Positions 62,815 to 64,000 of a DNA stretch of 64,000 nt are shown here, piece by piece. The position numbers were made by a program, and so were the translations under genes. The DNA lies in the NCBI GenBank assembly GCA_036172245.1, contig JAYWIR010000001.1, positions 4,216,001-4,280,000 on the forward strand, read 5' to 3'. The notes under the pieces were generated by a model. The model was given only the letters and a program-made list of their open reading frames with translations, had not been told where the DNA came from and did not search any database. The stretch comes from Raillietiella orientalis (taxonomy: Eukaryota). Numbering within the stretch: position 1 is the first letter of the stretch; each line of letters starts with the position of its first letter.

Positions 62815-64000
62815 CGTTTGGGCGGAATCCGCAGGCGAAGGTGGCGGGCGCTGCCCTTCCCGGAAGGCGGCGGGGTTGGGAGCGGTGGCGGGGCGGCGGG
62901 AGTGGTGGAGGTGGTGGTATTGGTGATGATGGTGGTGGTGATGGTCCGCGGCGGTCTGGGTCGCGGGGTGTCCGCGCCGGTCGTTCGGCGGCTCACGCGC
63001 CTCCGCGAGCCACGCCGTCGATCCGCCGTTCCGCCATCGCACTGAGCGGACGGACGCTCCCCGCAGGCGCGATCCGAGCGAACCGCTCCCATTGGACGGC
63101 CGCTCGCCTGGTATGCGTGAGGCTGCGGCGCGGCGCCCGAGGCGAGAAAGCGGGCTAATTGCTTTGCCTGCGTCGCGGCGAGCAGAATAGGGCGGACGGG
63201 CGTGTGGCGGCGGCGGCAGGAGCGCTCCCGCCGCCACCACCTGCTGCTGCTGCTGCTGCCGCTTGCCGCCTCCCCGAGGGACGCCCGTCCGCTCCGGAAG
63301 GCGGCCCCTTCCCGCGGGAAGCGCGCGCTGCCGCCGTGGCAGCGGGGAGCGGGTCGCCCCCTTTTTGCGCCTCAGACAATCCGTCGGCTCCCGCGGATGG
63401 GGGCTGCTCCTAGCGGGCATCCCTGGCCGGACTCCCGGAAAGTGTAGGGGCGGCTGTTAGAAGGCCGCCACCCTCACTTGCTGCAGCGACCTCTGGGGCT
63501 CAGGAGACCGGTTTCCACGGGTGATGCGAGCGGATACCTCGTCGGACAGGGCCAGGTGACCCTGGGGAGAGAAGGCGCGGAGCGGAGCCGCCGCCGCCCG
63601 GAAGGAAGGACGGAAAGCGCCCTTTGGGCATCCAAGAGTCTCCGCCCGCCGTCGTCCCAGTGCTGGTGACCCGTCTAAAACGGACCAGTCGTGGAACGTC
63701 CTTCTTGCTCGATTCCAGCAGTCGGACCCCGAGGTTTGGCTGCCACGACTGCTGTGGGCGGAAGCTGCGCGCGCCTTTCGGGTTTTCCGGGGGTCCCGTG
63801 CGCCATTTCCCCGACGCCCCCGCCCGCCTCCTTGCGTTGCTTGAGGTTTCCGGGGATCACAGCCGCGATAGCCGCCTCCTCCCCACCTCCACCTTCCCCT
63901 CCCTCACAGCCAAAGAGCAGCCACCGCGGCTAAAAATGGCAGCAGAAAGGCCAAGGCTGCCAAGGGCGCAACGCCGTGCGTCTAGGAGGGTCGGCGCGCG
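62815..64000. promoter_or_regulatory. CpG-island-like 5'/promoter region of TTC28
   Basis: Very GC/CpG-rich. CCAAT on the minus strand at about 63091; (CAC/CAT)n and (CAG)n tracts on the minus strand. Confidence 0.5.

Overview
Eukaryotic, probably invertebrate animal, genomic DNA with many short (about 45-90 nt) GT-AG introns. Three host genes can be reconstructed exon by exon: a diverged BBS4 (minus, 13413-16347), a Dispatched-family transporter (plus, 30205-37279) and TTC28, a TPR array plus CHAT-like domain (minus, 53836-62814). BBS4 and Dispatched are AT-rich and CpG-poor; TTC28 is very GC/CpG-rich. The intergenic space is dense with nested, truncated L1/Tx1-type non-LTR retrotransposons from several families. 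It also holds two AT-rich TIR elements, hAT- and RTE-like remnants, a perfect 33-bp hairpin and a probable KCMF1-like pseudogene split by an insertion. The most interesting signal is a shared 3'-terminal architecture in about ten divergent retroelement ends. It consists of a hairpin with variable stems and a conserved R-M-T-G loop, then an AATAAA often held in a stem, then a GC hairpin a few bases from the end. Target-site duplications show these copies have essentially no poly(A) tail. Two 906-bp inverted copies that appear identical carry different tails, with the switch inside that hairpin loop. All calls were made by eye; no searches or folding programs were run.
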